Assembly (NCBI RefSeq): GCF_006345805.1 | Contig: NC_042998.1 | Location: forward strand, 53,878,001 to 53,942,000 | Length of the DNA: 64,000 nucleotides | Source: Octopus sinensis | Taxonomy: Eukaryota | Reading direction: 5' to 3' | Part shown: piece after piece, positions 24,938-38,175 of the stretch | Layout: each line of letters opens with the position of its first letter | How positions within the stretch are numbered: the first letter of the stretch is position 1 | The notes under the pieces: model-generated | Seen by the model: the letters and a program-made list of their open reading frames with translations, nothing else | Database searches by the model: none | Told to the model about the DNA's origin: nothing | Program-made: the position numbers and the translations under genes

Positions 24938-25439
24938 ACAAGAAGGTGCTGAAAAGTTCCTGGCTTTGGATTGAAGAAAATATAAGAGGATTAGTTTATT
25001 ATGAGTTTATTCAACAGCATTTAAAAGGTACCATCCGAACGTAGTTGATACCAGTGCCCCCTGACGGGCTTGCCAGTCCTCAGTCAAACCGTCCAACCCA
25101 TGCCAGCATAGAAAACGGATGTTAATCGATGATGATGATGATACTCCTCTCAGATTCACACACTTATTGCAGTGGTCCTTCAGTTTTTCTAAGCCTTGTA
25201 AAAGAACTCAGAAGCGTGTGTATGTATATTTATATGTACATACATGAGGGGCTGCTGAAAGGTTCCTGGCTTTGAGTAAAAGAAAATACAGGAGGGTCAG
25301 TAAATTATGATTTTTTTTAACATATTCTCCACTTATTGCAGTGGTCATTCTAAACCCTTTAAAAGAACTTGGAAGGTTGAGCTTCCAAATAGCCCTTTTG
25401 TGATACCCTTAAAGCCAGGAACTTTTCAGCATCCCCTCG
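24938..25439. mobile_element. Two mariner-type MITE copies: 24938-25215 (interrupted by an RTE tail at ~25025-25141) and 25245-25439 (complete)
   Basis: TIRs tgaggggctgctgaaaggttcctggcttt and aaagccaggaacttttcagcatcccctcg, followed by TA. Confidence 0.8.
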
Positions 25440-25614
25440 TACAGTCATGTGTGCACATGTGTGTGTGTATATATATATGTATGATGTGGGTGTGTGATAA
25501 GAAGCTGGCAGTTTTGTATCATTATCATTCATCACATTAATGTCTCTGTCCAGCCCGCAAGCTTCTCTCTGCATTCTGCCCTTGTGGCAAATTTAATATA
25601 ATATAATAAAATAA

Positions 25615-27065
25615 AGAAGTTGGCAGAGTACTTCCCACCACATCATTCTGAGTTCAGTTCTATTGTGTGGTACTTTGGGCAAGCATCTCTGACTAGAGCC
25701 TCAGGCTGACCAAGGCTTAGTGAGTGGGTTTGGGAGATGGAATCTGAAAGAAACCCATCATATAAATATGTTTGTGTGTGTGTGCGTGTTTGTTCCTTAT
25801 CACTGCTTGATATCTGGTGTTGATGTGTTTATCTTTCTGACTTAGTGGTTTGGCAAAACAGACTGATAGAATAAGTATCAAGCTTAAAAAAATAAGTACT
25901 GGGGTCAATTAGTTCAACTAAAATTCTTTAAGGTAGCGTTCCAACATGGATACAGCCTAATGATAAAAGATATATACATGCACATATGTCTATACATGCT
26001 CACACATGTGGGTGGGGTCCTTCCTTACATTAATGGATAAACTTTTTACACAGGGTTATAGATATAGGAAAATATTCAATGGCTATAATAACTTAATGGC
26101 TTCATTTTGCTGTGCAATTAGAATGAAATGAATTCTAGTTTGTACCCTTATATCATGCAGGAAAAATAGGATGTTTGTGTAGGATTTTCAATGAGGACCC
26201 AATGAAAGGTAAGTCCAGCACATAGTCTCCAAAGCAACATTTGAGCCAACTAACACCAAAGGAGTGATGCATATACAAAAATACACAGTTAGAGTGCTGG
26301 GCTCATGATCATGAGGTAGTGAGTTTGAATCCTGGACCAAGCTGTGTGTTGTGTTCTTGAGTAAGACATTTTATTTCATGTTGTTTCAGTTCACTCAGCT
26401 GTAGAAATGAGTTGCAATGTCACTGGTGCCAAGCAATATCAACCTTTGCCTTTCCCTTGGATAACATAGGTGGCTTGGATAGGGGAGGCTGGTATGCATG
26501 GGGGACTGTTGATCTTGCCCAAACTTGTAACTTGAAGTGGAACTTTCTAGGTGCAACCCCATGGTCATTCATGACTAAAGCAGGTCTTTGCCCTTTTTAC
26601 TGGGGCGATGGAGGGCCTCTTTAAGGTCAGGTTGAATAATCACTGGTCTTCTTTTAGAATTCAGGTAAGATATAATGTCACAACTTCAGTCAGCTATATT
26701 TGGTGATTAAAAGTGGAACTAATCATATTTAACATCAACTGGAGGTTGCTAGAATATTCTGAGTCCTATTTTAATAAAAGTAGAAAACCCATTGGGGTTA
26801 ACTTTGCTTTGCTTTGTTCCATGGCAATAATAAAAATTCAAAGACAGATAGTTGGCAGAAACATTAGCATGCCAGGCAAAATGCTTAACGGTATTTCGTC
26901 TGTCTTTACATTCTGAGTTCAAATTCCACCAATAAATTATTACCTATTACCAGGCTTTAAAAAAAATAAGTACTGGGGTGGATTTGTTCAACTAAACCCA
27001 TTAAGGTGGTGCCCCAGCATGGTCATGATCCAGTGACTGAAACAAGTAAAAGATAAAAGATAAAA
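25615..27065 (+). mobile_element. SINE cluster: B (25615-25960), C (26290-26610), A-head/B-tail chimera (26850-27065)
   Basis: Similarity to other copies in the window. Confidence 0.75.
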
Positions 27066-27779
27066 CATAATCTTAATTTCTTATTTAAATTTTACTATTA
27101 TTTCTAATTTAATGATCGTAAAATTCTAAAAGTCAACTATAAAATCTCAAGGGAAATAAGTGTAAAGTTACTAAATGGTGTATTTAATGAAGAGACCAAG
27201 TGTAAACAACTTTCATGGAAATACATTTTAGAACTTGGTTAAAACCAAGTATTTTAGCAAGTAATATTTGAATAAATGCACTGGTAGTATCTCAGAAATT
27301 CAATGCAATTTTTACTGATTAATTTATATTTGTTTGCACTTTATTTTTTTTTTTATTATAGTACTTTGGTTATATAATTCCTGCAACAGACCAGGAAAAA
27401 TAAATTGTAAAAACTTAATGCAGGCAGAGTTAGAACTTACAATATAAAGAGATATAACTAAAATCTGAAAGGCTTTTTCCAACACCATATCAATTCTATC
27501 ATCTTACTGACCTGTAAAATGGTAAAAATAATCTATTTTTATATTTAAATTCAATATCTGTTATAAAGATGAATTAAACTGCCCCAAAACAGTTATGAGA
27601 TAATTTTAATACATTTTGCTTGCTTGCACCCTCAGATTATGTTAATACGATAGGAGCACCATTGTCATGTATTTACTCCAGCCTACTCCATCTATTGTTG
27701 CTGTCTGTCAGAGCTTGAACTCCTTAATGTCATGTGTACATTTTTTTTTTTTACATTTGTCTGTCTCTCCTACTTTCAC

Positions 27780-28230
27780 TTTTAAACTTCCTTGGTAAAT
27801 AATAGTCTTTGCAAGGACACTAGATCTTGTTACACAGCCATACTATCTTTGCTTTTATTACTTCACAATTGTGAGAAGGTCTTCATAATTACTAATGTAA
27901 TGCTGAATGGTTTCCAGATCCCACTTGTTTGTAATGAATGTGGTCTGATTATGAGATGCTCACAATGTTAGGGTAGCATCTAATTTCCTCTGGTTGTATC
28001 TTTTTAAGTTTTCTCTGAAGTTGGAGCTCATGTTCCACAGGCATACAGGAAGATGAAGCATTGCTGTGCATGAAGGAATCTGGTTTTGATTTTTATCGTA
28101 AGGTTTCAGTCTCCCTATATTGGTTGGAGTTTAATTAGTCCGTCTTAATTCTTTATCATTAATGATTGCTCTCAGGTGTTTGAATTGCTGCACTATCTCT
28201 AGTTTCTCTCCACTGAAGTTAAATTAGATT
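27780..28230 (-). pseudogene. Old RTE-type RT C-terminal fragment
   Basis: Frameshifted translation GEKLEIVQQFKHL, KIKTRFL..FIFLYACGT, IRCY.NIVSIS*SDHI. Confidence 0.65.
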
Positions 28231-29989
28231 TTCAACAATTTTAAGGATGAGGGAATAGTACTAACCATATTCTGATTTAAATCTACAATTTTACGTTCTC
28301 TAAAGATTTTAAGTGCTTTTCAATGTAAGAAAAATTAGTATTGAACTCCACAAATGTGCTTAAATCATTCCAGTCAGGAGAAACTATAATCATGGCTATA
28401 TTTCACACTATGTTATGTTGGTAGTTACATTTTATTTCTAGAGATTGTAATTTGTTAAAAGAGAAAGAAGTATGCTAACACTGTATGACAAAATTTTTGT
28501 CCTTAGGTAGCAACTGTTAATTCCAATTTTTCTATTTGCTTACTCCTAGAAAGTATGAAAAATGGCTAATATTTCCTTTAGACTTTGCTTTTGTTACATT
28601 TATCCAAACCCCAAAGAATCCCACTCAACACATGCCTGCAGAGATGCATATATTGTCGGCCACTAAGGGACATGCTCAAGTGGTTAAGGTAAAGCAACTG
28701 ACAAGCAAATCTGTGATATTGAGCAGAATATTTGCTATAATAATATTTCTGCTTCAGCAACACAGCACTGAATCTGCTTGAGATGTAATGGAAAGTAGGT
28801 CTGTTTCTAAACATTGATTTTCAAGTCACAAAAGCAAAGTTTGAAGGGAATAGTTGTCATTTCCTTAAATTTCTAGATAAAAGCAAATGGGAAGTAACAC
28901 TTACTGACCAAAGACATAAAAGAAATTCTCTAATTTTCTTATACAGCGTAATTACAAAAGAAATTGTTTTAGTTTAAGATACAGAACCAAAGTTTGGTGA
29001 TTCAGATTTCATGACAAAGATCTGTGTTTAGAAAACTGAAGAAAGAATTTATACCATTGCTTGCAAGACGTGATAATATAATACCAAGTATATACCAAAG
29101 TAAGCTACAAAGTTAAACAGAAATGGATTTCTTTACATTCAAGTAGTTTCCAACAGATTCTGCAGGCTATTGTTTTCTATTCAAAGGTAAGTTATTTATT
29201 GCAACGAGAATGCTAGTTGTATTTGTATCCTTTTGGTATGCAACTTTATAACTGAAAACATGAATATTATGAACATAGACAATTTTAACAACTCTACTCA
29301 TATGCAGAAATAGCTTTACGATTGTAGAAATATTAAAGGACAGAATTTTTCACTGCAAAATAGCTGTGCAAATAAAACTCTATTTCTGGTGAACAGTTGT
29401 CTTTTATCTTTTAATCTATGTATTTGTTGTGAAAAATTAACACTGTTTACTTTCTAAAAGCTATATTTAGTTTTGCATATTTTTATTTTCCCAATGATAT
29501 TTATTAATATTTCTATCCTCATTTGCATTCTAGTCTTCAAGCATTTTTTGTTTTTAATTGTTATCTAGGAAAAGAATAACTCCTAAAAATTATCTTATTT
29601 TGGAACTGGATTAAGCTAAGAAAAGAACAGAAAACAACAATTAAAATGTTTTCTAAGAGGCAGTAAAATACTGCATCTGATAAAGCTTAAGTTGTGCCAA
29701 TGGAAAACAAAACTATTGCACTTGTCAAGAGAGAATCTCTACAAGATTGCTCAGCATGTTAAACACAGTAAAGGGATTTGAAAAGAATAAAAAGAGGAGG
29801 GGAACATTGGATAAACAGTTCTAGATACACTGTATCTAAAAATGAAATGAGATGCTTTTGATAATATGTTATCTGCCTGTAATAAATGCCTTCTATTAGA
29901 TTTTTTATTTGAATATGTGCTAGGCAGACCCAGAGACACAAGGCAATGTTGTAAAGTAGGTAATCTAAAATACCCCTAGACCAGATGTA

Positions 29990-30900
29990 CGAGGATCAAC
30001 AGACAATTTAATAGGCTAACAAGGATACTCTCCTGAAATGTGACCAAATGTGGTTTATTTTTTAACATAGTCCCCTTGCAGTCCACACACTTCTTCCATC
30101 GGTGTTGCAGTGATTGGATCCCATTGGTGAAGAAGCTTTTAAGTTATTGGTCAAAAAAGTCATCAACAGTAGATATGACATCATCATGCTCATCATTGTA
30201 ATACTGGTTCCCAGTCAAGTGTGTTGTGGAATAGTTGATAGTCAGAGGAGACCAAATCAGGAGAATAGGGAGAGTTATCAACCAGTTCAAAGCTGCAGTC
30301 ACACCCAGCAGCCATTGAAATCAAGGACTTGTGTGCTGGAGCATTGTCTTGATGAAAAAAGGACCCCTTTCATCAGTTTTCCTGAGCATTTGGTCTTGAT
30401 GAACTTTTGTAACTGCCTCAGCAAGTAACAAAATAGCACTCTCCATTGATGCTGTTGCCCTTTTGAAGATAATTGTAAACATAATGTCTTTAGCATCACA
30501 AAAACTAAGGTCATCTCTTCCCAGCAGATGAAACGAACTTGGCCTTTTTGGAGCAGGTGAGGAAGAGTATTTCCACTACATAAGCTCTAAGTGGTGAACC
30601 CAACACTCATCCTGACTGAAGAAACATACAAAGAAACTAGCTGGATCTGCCTCAAAAATGTCAGATTTTCCTGTTATGTGATCAGCGTGGTGTACTTTTG
30701 ATATGGTGTCAGAAGTTGTGGCAGCCACCAAACAGAAACATTCGTTATGTCAAGTTTTTGTGCAGAGTATTCTCAGTTCTCTCACAGAATATGCTAATAG
30801 CAATGGCTATTTGGTTTATAATCAATCACATGTCATGCATCACCATGTGATGAACACATTCAATGTTTTCCTTGATGGGGGTAGTTGCAGGATGTCCAGA
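29990..30900 (-). pseudogene. Degraded mariner transposon: 3' terminus and transposase fragments
   Basis: Terminus ta|cgagg at 29988-29994. Translation YLLRQLQKFIKTKCSGKLMKGVLF (cf. LRxxIKxKRPGKLxKGVLFHQDNA). Confidence 0.75.
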
Positions 30901-31053
30901 CATTGAGTCATCTGGAACTCAACTGAGGATAGAAAACTCTGAATGACCCATCCTTGTTTTCCTTGTATTGTCTATCTGGATGTATTGCATTCTTGTCCCA
31001 TTTTTGTATTTTTTATATACAAAATATAGCAGTTACACTTTACTCTATACATC

Positions 31054-31113
<60 letters not shown>

Positions 31114-31683
31114 CGCATATACAACAGGCTTCTTTCAGTCATTGTCTGCCAAATTCCTTTACAAGGCTTTGGTCAATCTGAGTTTAGAGTAGAAGACACT
31201 TACCCAAAATGCCTTACAGTTGAACCAAAACCCAGAACCATATGGCTGGAAAGCAAGCTTCTTACCACACAGCCAGGCCTGCTCAATAAATACATGTTCG
31301 ATTATACAATACTAAGATAAATCCTTACATTGAAATTTTAAGCAAAATGTATAGTGATATAATTATGGAAGGTTGTAGTATAGGATATGTAAATGAAGAC
31401 GTTTAGAGATTATTATAAATAATAATCATGGTATAAAGTGCATGACAGATGTAATTAAATTAAATTGAAAATCAACTGATCTTTTATTGATCTCTTGTGA
31501 CCTAAATGTCTGAAATATTCATTTCTACTCTCAAGTTATATTTGTGTATAAATATATATATGTCATATTCTGGCTTTATACCAGTTGTCTGCATGTTTGT
31601 ATCTCATATGTATAAATATATATAAGAGCTTGTACTGGTGCCACATACAAAGCACTCATGCTGGCACCACATAAAATTACCTG

Positions 31684-32060
31684 TGCTTGTAGCCCCAGGA
31701 GAACATCTTTACCAGTTGGCTACCGACACACTTTCTGTGCCCTTTCAGCATTTGCACATTGTCATGCAGCTACTGTTTATACTTCGTTCAGAGATTTATT
31801 ATTGCTTGCTTACACTTTTTCGAGATCAGTGACTTTTCACCACTGGAAAAAGGATATATGTATTTGCATTGGGACCCCTACACATCGAAGACCGGTGATT
31901 GTCATGTGCCGACGACAGGTAAATACTCAGAAACCCAGGTCCGTGTGTATCACGTCAGGTCGATGATGGGAAGGATGGCTTCCCTTTGCAAATACTGATA
32001 GCGCACAGAAAATGTGTCAATAGCCAACTGGAGAAGATGTTCTCCTGGGGCTACAAGCTA
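31684..32060. mobile_element. MITE with ~73-bp TIRs, Academ-like termini
   Basis: t(a)gcttgtagccccaggagaacatctt...tttgca (31684-31756) versus tgcaaa...aagatgttctcctggggctacaagcta (31987-32060). Flanks are ctg and cag. Superfamily inferred from TAG termini only. Confidence 0.7.
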
Positions 32061-32869
32061 CAGTAGCATCTACCCTTAGTGGTTAGCCACATTTAAGTGG
32101 CAAATATACTTCACATATATATCTATATATATGGTTTTTGTGTGCTTGTGGGTATGCTTGTCCTTGTCCTGACATCTCATGATGGCTCCACAAGAGAATT
32201 ACTGGCATACATGCAAGATTGTTTATTTCCTGTCTTCAGTGAAAAACATGTCTAGCTGTATGAAAATATTACTTTGCTTGGAAACAGGTAAGTTATGGTC
32301 GTAGTAGGAAGTGCATATGCCATTGGAACATCTACACCTACAAATTCCGAGTCAGACAAGCATGAAAAAGTGAATGTTAAATGATGATGATTATATATAC
32401 AAAAAGATTGGATGGCCATGGCTGGCATGTTTTTGATTATACATCTGCTTAACGAAGGCTGAATAAACAAGTAAAACTATGTTTGTACATTGATGTATAT
32501 CCAGAAAGACTGCTTCATGTATTTTCTATATTTACTACATGTGATCCTCAGGTATTCTTTAAATAATTATTTTTATCTGATTGGTGCTGGAAGCATAATC
32601 TTTTACTTTTAAATATCATTTCTTTGACAACAGAAAGTTCATCTTTATAATTCCACAATGGATATACATCCTGACAGCAACAGTGTGAACATATCTAATC
32701 ATCTTTATTGTTCTGTATTCCTAATGTTTCTTGTTTGTTTGCACATGCTGCTAGATAACACATTTCTTCCTGTTTGTAAATTGCCATCCGCATGTCACTA
32801 CTTGTTACCTCATTTAGTCATTCTTTCATTTTATTTTTCCTGTGGAGAAACTTCTTAACCTTTGATTGC

Positions 32870-35819
32870 ATACTCTTTTACTTGTTTCAGTCATTTGACT
32901 GTGGCCATGCTGGAGCAGCACCTTTAGTCAAGCAAATCGACCCCAGGACTTATTCTTTGTAAGCCAGGTACTTATTCTATCAGTCTCTTTTGCCGAACCA
33001 CTAAGTTACAGGGATGTAAACACACCAGCATCGGTTGTCAAGTGATGTTGGGGGGACAAACACAGACACACAAACATACACACACACATATATATATATA
33101 CGACGGGCTTCATTCAGTTTCTGTCTACCAAATCCACTCACAAGGCTTTGGTTGGCCCGAGGCTATAGTAGAAGACACTTGCCAAAGGTGCCATGCTGTG
33201 GGACTGAACCCAGAACCATGTGGTTCATAAGCAAGCTACTTACCACACAGCAACTCCTACACCTCATCATTATCATCATCATTTAATGGTAATGTTCTTT
33301 TCTGGGATGAGTTGGATGGTTTGACAGGATCCAGTGAGCCGCAGGACTGCATTGTATTCCATGTCAGTTTGGGCCTGGTTTCTACAACTAGATGCCCTTC
33401 CTAATGTCAACCAATTTACAGTGTGTAATGAGTGCTCTTTTATATCACCAGCTGCAATGGGGTTGCCAAGTAAGTTGCAAGACAGGAACAAACAAGAAAA
33501 AAGAAAACCCTCTTAACTAAGTGGAGGGATTATCTAAGAAGGTGAAGAGGTGATTCTATGCCAGGGATAAGCAGAAGTAGAATTGATGTACAGTAAGAAG
33601 CTTGCTTCCCAACCACATGGTTCTAGGTTCAATCCCACAAGTGTCTTCTACTTTAGCTTCAGGCTGGCCAAAGCCTTATGAGTGGATTTGGTAGATGGAA
33701 ACTGAAAGGAGCACAATGTGTGTGTGTGTGGGGGGGGGGTTGTATCGAATTGATAATAATGGTACACCCCTCCCACGTGATGAATGGAATAACCTAGTCA
33801 CTCTAAGTAAAGAGAAGTACATGAATTACAAGAGTACATAGTAGGCAGTCAGAGATAGTCGTGTCTTTACTGGTTTTACTAAGTGTACTGTATACCAAAG
33901 CAGGCATTATAACAATCCAGCATTTTAAGGATTATAACGATACACACACACACCACACACACACACACATACACACACACATATATATATAGGTAGAGAC
34001 GTGGCTGTGTGGTAAGAAGCTTGCTTCCCAACCACATGGTCATGGGCTCAGTCCCATTGTGTGGCTGCTTGGGCAAGTGTCTTCTACTATATCCTCAGGC
34101 TGACCAAGGCCTTCTGAGTGGATTTGGCAGACTGAAACTGAAAGAAGCCTGTAGTGTATGTGTGCATGCATGTGTGTGTGTGTGCCTGCGTGTGTGTATG
34201 GGGGGTTATTTGTGTGTATACCTTAGTGTGTGTCTGTGTTTGTCCCCCCACCCATCATAGTTAGACAACCAGTGTTGGAGTGCTTACATCTCCATAACTT
34301 AGTGGTTTGGCAAAAAAAACTGACAGGATAAGTGCTAGGCTTTGAAAAATTAAAGTCCTGGAGTCAATTTGTTTGACTAAAATCCTTCAAAGTGGTGTTC
34401 CAGTATGGCTGCTATCAAATGACTGAAACAAGCAAAAGTATAAAGAATAGAGAAAATACATGGCAACTTTGCCTTTATTTAAGGCAGTGGGAAAGGAATA
34501 TCTGGGAAAAGACAAGACGTTAATGATGTGCTGCCAGAGCAAGACACTAAAGAAGCAAGAAATGATACATGTGGGAAGGTGTGAGGGGAGAGAGTACCTG
34601 ATGGTCAGAGATGAGAGTAGAGGCAAATGTAGTAACTGATGAACAGGAGTGGAGGTACAGCCTGATGGGAATCATCTGTATGAACAGTGGGTACCATGGG
34701 AGTGACTCAAAAGATGTCTTGAGCCACTCCTATCTCTAAAGACATCTTGAGAGATAGGAATTTATTCAATTCTCATTTTATTCATCAATGTTGCACTTGT
34801 AATATGGCAATTGTATAAAGAATGGAAAATTATTCTCAAAGAGAGTAATCCTTCCTCCACTCATCTATATATTATTTTTTTTTATTTATGCGCCCTTTTC
34901 AAGCCTAGCCAGGCTCATGGGCCCGGTTTCCCAGTTTCTATGGCATATATTTTCCCCCCACCCCACCCCAGCTGGATGGGATGCCAGTCCATCGCAGCAT
35001 TACTCAAGAAACAGGAAGAAAAAGTGAAAGAAAGTTAGGGCAAAAAAATACAACAGGGGTTGCCCCCCCCCCCTCTGCGTGAGCCTCATGGAGCTTTAAG
35101 TGTTTTCGTTCAATAAACACACACAAAGTCCAGAATGGGAATCGAAACGGCAATCCTCCGACCATGAGTCCACTACCCAACCACTGGGCCATTATGCCTC
35201 CACACTCATCTCTATAAAAGGTAAGAAATATTTTGTTACAGGTGCAGGCATGGCTGTGGGGTAAGAAGCTTGTTTCCCAACCACATGGTTCAGGGTTCAG
35301 TTCCACTGCATGGCACCTTGTGAGTGGATTTGGTAGATAGAAACCTAAAGAAGCCTGTCGTGTATATATGTATATATTTATATGTGTGTGTCTTTGTATC
35401 TGTGTTTGTCCCCACCCAAATCACTACTTGACAACCGGTCTTGGTGTGTTTACATCCCCGTAACTTAGCAGTTCAGCAAAAGAAATTGATAGATTAAGTA
35501 CCAGGCTTTGAAAAAAGAAGTCCTCAGGCTGATTTGTTTCACTAAAACCCTCAAGGCAATGCTCCAGTATGCCCACAGTCAAATGACCAAAACAAGTAAA
35601 AGAATAGTATAATAAATACGTTAGATGTTTTGAATAAGTCATGATAATGTTAATGATGGCTTTGTGGTTAAGAAACTTGGCTTCCAACAATGAGTTTTGT
35701 ATTCAGTCCCACTGTACAGGTCTTTGAAAAGTGTCTTCTACTAAAGCTCACCTGGGTCTTGAGAAAGAATTTGGTAGACAGAAACCATGTGGGAGCCTGT
35801 CATATATTTATGTGTGTGT

Positions 35820-35858
<39 letters not shown>

Positions 35859-36090
35859 TGTGTGTCTGTCTGTGTTTCTTTGTGTTTGTTTCTTCAACAC
35901 CTCTTGACAGTGTTGGTCTGTTTACATCCTCATAACTTTGCGAAAGAGATTAATAAAATAACTACCAGATTGCCAAATAAATAAATTAATAAATAAATAA
36001 AAGCTTGATTTGATTTGTGCAACTAATCACTTCAAGAGATGTCCCAATATGGCCGTAGTCCAATGACTGAAACAAATAGAAGATAAAAAG
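32870..36090. mobile_element. SINE-dense block: B(-) 32870-33260, RTE-tail(-) 33270-33480, B(+) 33590-33720 and 33990-34450, D(-) 34870-35200, B(+) 35240-35610 and 35660-36090
   Basis: Motif similarity to the family copies described above. Confidence 0.8.
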
Positions 36091-37334
36091 ATTTAAAAAA
36101 AAAAGAGGAATGATATTGAGGAAGTACTGGTGTTGGTCATGACGAGTTTTTAATTGTTGGAAGTGTTGTTTATTATTGTTACCAAACCTTTCCAGACATG
36201 ACCATTCCATCATTTTTCAAATAAACTGTATGTACAACTGATTTGGCAGAATTAAGCATATTTGTTCCAGTTTGGCATCAATAAAAAAAGCATTAATGCA
36301 AGACAATGAACTGGCAGAATTGTGTGAACATTGAGCCAGATGCTTTGTAGCATTTGTTCTAATTCTATGCATTCTGAGAATTCTATGCATTCTCACTTTT
36401 GCCATTTCAGGTGACATCTGTGTTTACTCTGTTGCAAACATTTAAAATAGGTCACTGGTTTGAAAATATGAAGATATGTTTTCCTTCTGCCTACCAGATC
36501 CAGAGGCCCTGTAAAGTGTTTTAGATGCTGTCCTCCCACCTGACTAAAAGATTTTTAAAAAACTACAAATCTATCCAATATATTCTCCCATTCCATTTAC
36601 TAATAAAATGGTTGGAAATGGCTGAGAGACATTTGGCTGCTAATTCTAGCCAATCAAATGACCAGCCATGCAGAGGCTCCTTCATTTCATTTCGTGTGAC
36701 AATTACTATACTATTGGTTCTGACAGCCAGTGGCCAGATTCCTTGCAAAGTAAATTGGAGAGAAAGCTATAGAGTAAAATAACCATACTGAGCAGACAAT
36801 GGTGAGTAAAAAGATATATTGATTAAAATCATATTTTCAACAACTCTATAAATCATATAAACGCAGATGTGTTTAGTGACCCGTGTATAAAATTAAGTTT
36901 GTAATCCATTATCTATGGCCCAATACTTCTCATCTATCATCATCTCAAGGTAATTCATCATTTCACTTTCAACAATATCAGATGCTGGTAAATCCAACAG
37001 GTCCTCAAGGAACAAATAAATTACTATTTATTTATATGTTTATTTATCCATTTATGTATCTGTACAAAATCTTTTAGTTTTTACTTGCTTCTGTCATTGG
37101 GCTGAGATTTTGCTGTAATACTGTCTTGAAGGGTTTTAGTCGAATAAATTGACCCCAGTACTTATTTTCCAAAGCTTAGTACTTATTTTCCAAAGCTTAG
37201 TACTTATACTTTGGTCTTTATGCTGATCTGCTAAGTTACAGGGATGTAAACAAACCAGGACCAGTTATCAAGTAGTGATGGTGGTGATGGTGGTTGGGCC
37301 AGATTCAAAGACATACATATATATATATATATAT

Positions 37335-38175
37335 CATCATCATCATCCTCATCGTTTAACATCTGCTTTCCATGCTAGCATGGGTTGGACGATTTGACTG
37401 AGGACTGGTGAACCAGATGGTTGTGCCAGGCTCCAATCTGATCTGGCAAAGTTTCTACAGCTGGATGCCTTTCCAGATGCCAATCACTCTGAGAGTGTAG
37501 TGGGTGCTTTTACATGCCACCAGCATGAGGGCCAGTCAGGCAGTACTGGCAACAACCTCTCTCGAATGTTTTTTTAACATGCCACCAGCACAAGTGCCAT
37601 TAAGGTGATGCTGGTAACAATCACACTCAAATGGTGCCTTTTACGTGCCACTGGCACAGAAGCCAGTTGGCTGCTCAGGTAATGATCACGCTCAGATGGT
37701 GCTTTAAACGCTCCACTAGCACGGATGCCAGTCATCGAATTTGATTTCGATTTCGATTTCACTTGCCTCAACAGGTCTTTGCAAGCAGAGTTTTGTGTCC
37801 AACGAAGGAAAGGTATGCATAAGTGGGCTGGTTACACCCCTGGTATAGGCTACAAGGTTATGGTCTCACTTGTCTTGCTGGGTCTTCTATATATATAGAT
37901 ATATATATATATATGGCCACGGTCGGATTGGCACATAAAATACACCAATCCGACCGTGGCCATTGCCAGCCTCACCTGGCACCTGTACAGGTGGCACGTA
38001 AAAAGCACCCACTACACTCACGGAGTGGTTGGCGTTAGGAAGGGCATCCAGCTGTAGAAACATTGCCAGATTAGACTGGAGCCTGGTGCAGCCTTCTGGT
38101 TTCCCAGATCCCCGGTCGAACCGTCCAACCCATGCTAGCATGGAGAACGGACGTTAAACGATGATGATGATGATG
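37335..38175. mobile_element. Head-to-head pair of RTE 3' UTR fragments (37335-37880 minus, 37915-38175 plus) separated by (TA)n
   Basis: catcatcgtttaacatctgctttccatgctagc start on the left and gctagcatggagaacggacgttaaacgatgatgat end on the right. Confidence 0.8.

Noticed and set aside
27434-27510. Minus-strand segment with strong acceptor and gtaagt donor (DDRIDMVLEKAFQILVISLYI)
   Set aside because: All three frames from the strong acceptor contain a stop; it needs a weak alternative acceptor.
32255-32292. Strong plus-strand donor GAAACAG|gtaagt
   Set aside because: It appears to lie inside a repeat-derived segment, so it is not evidence of a host exon.
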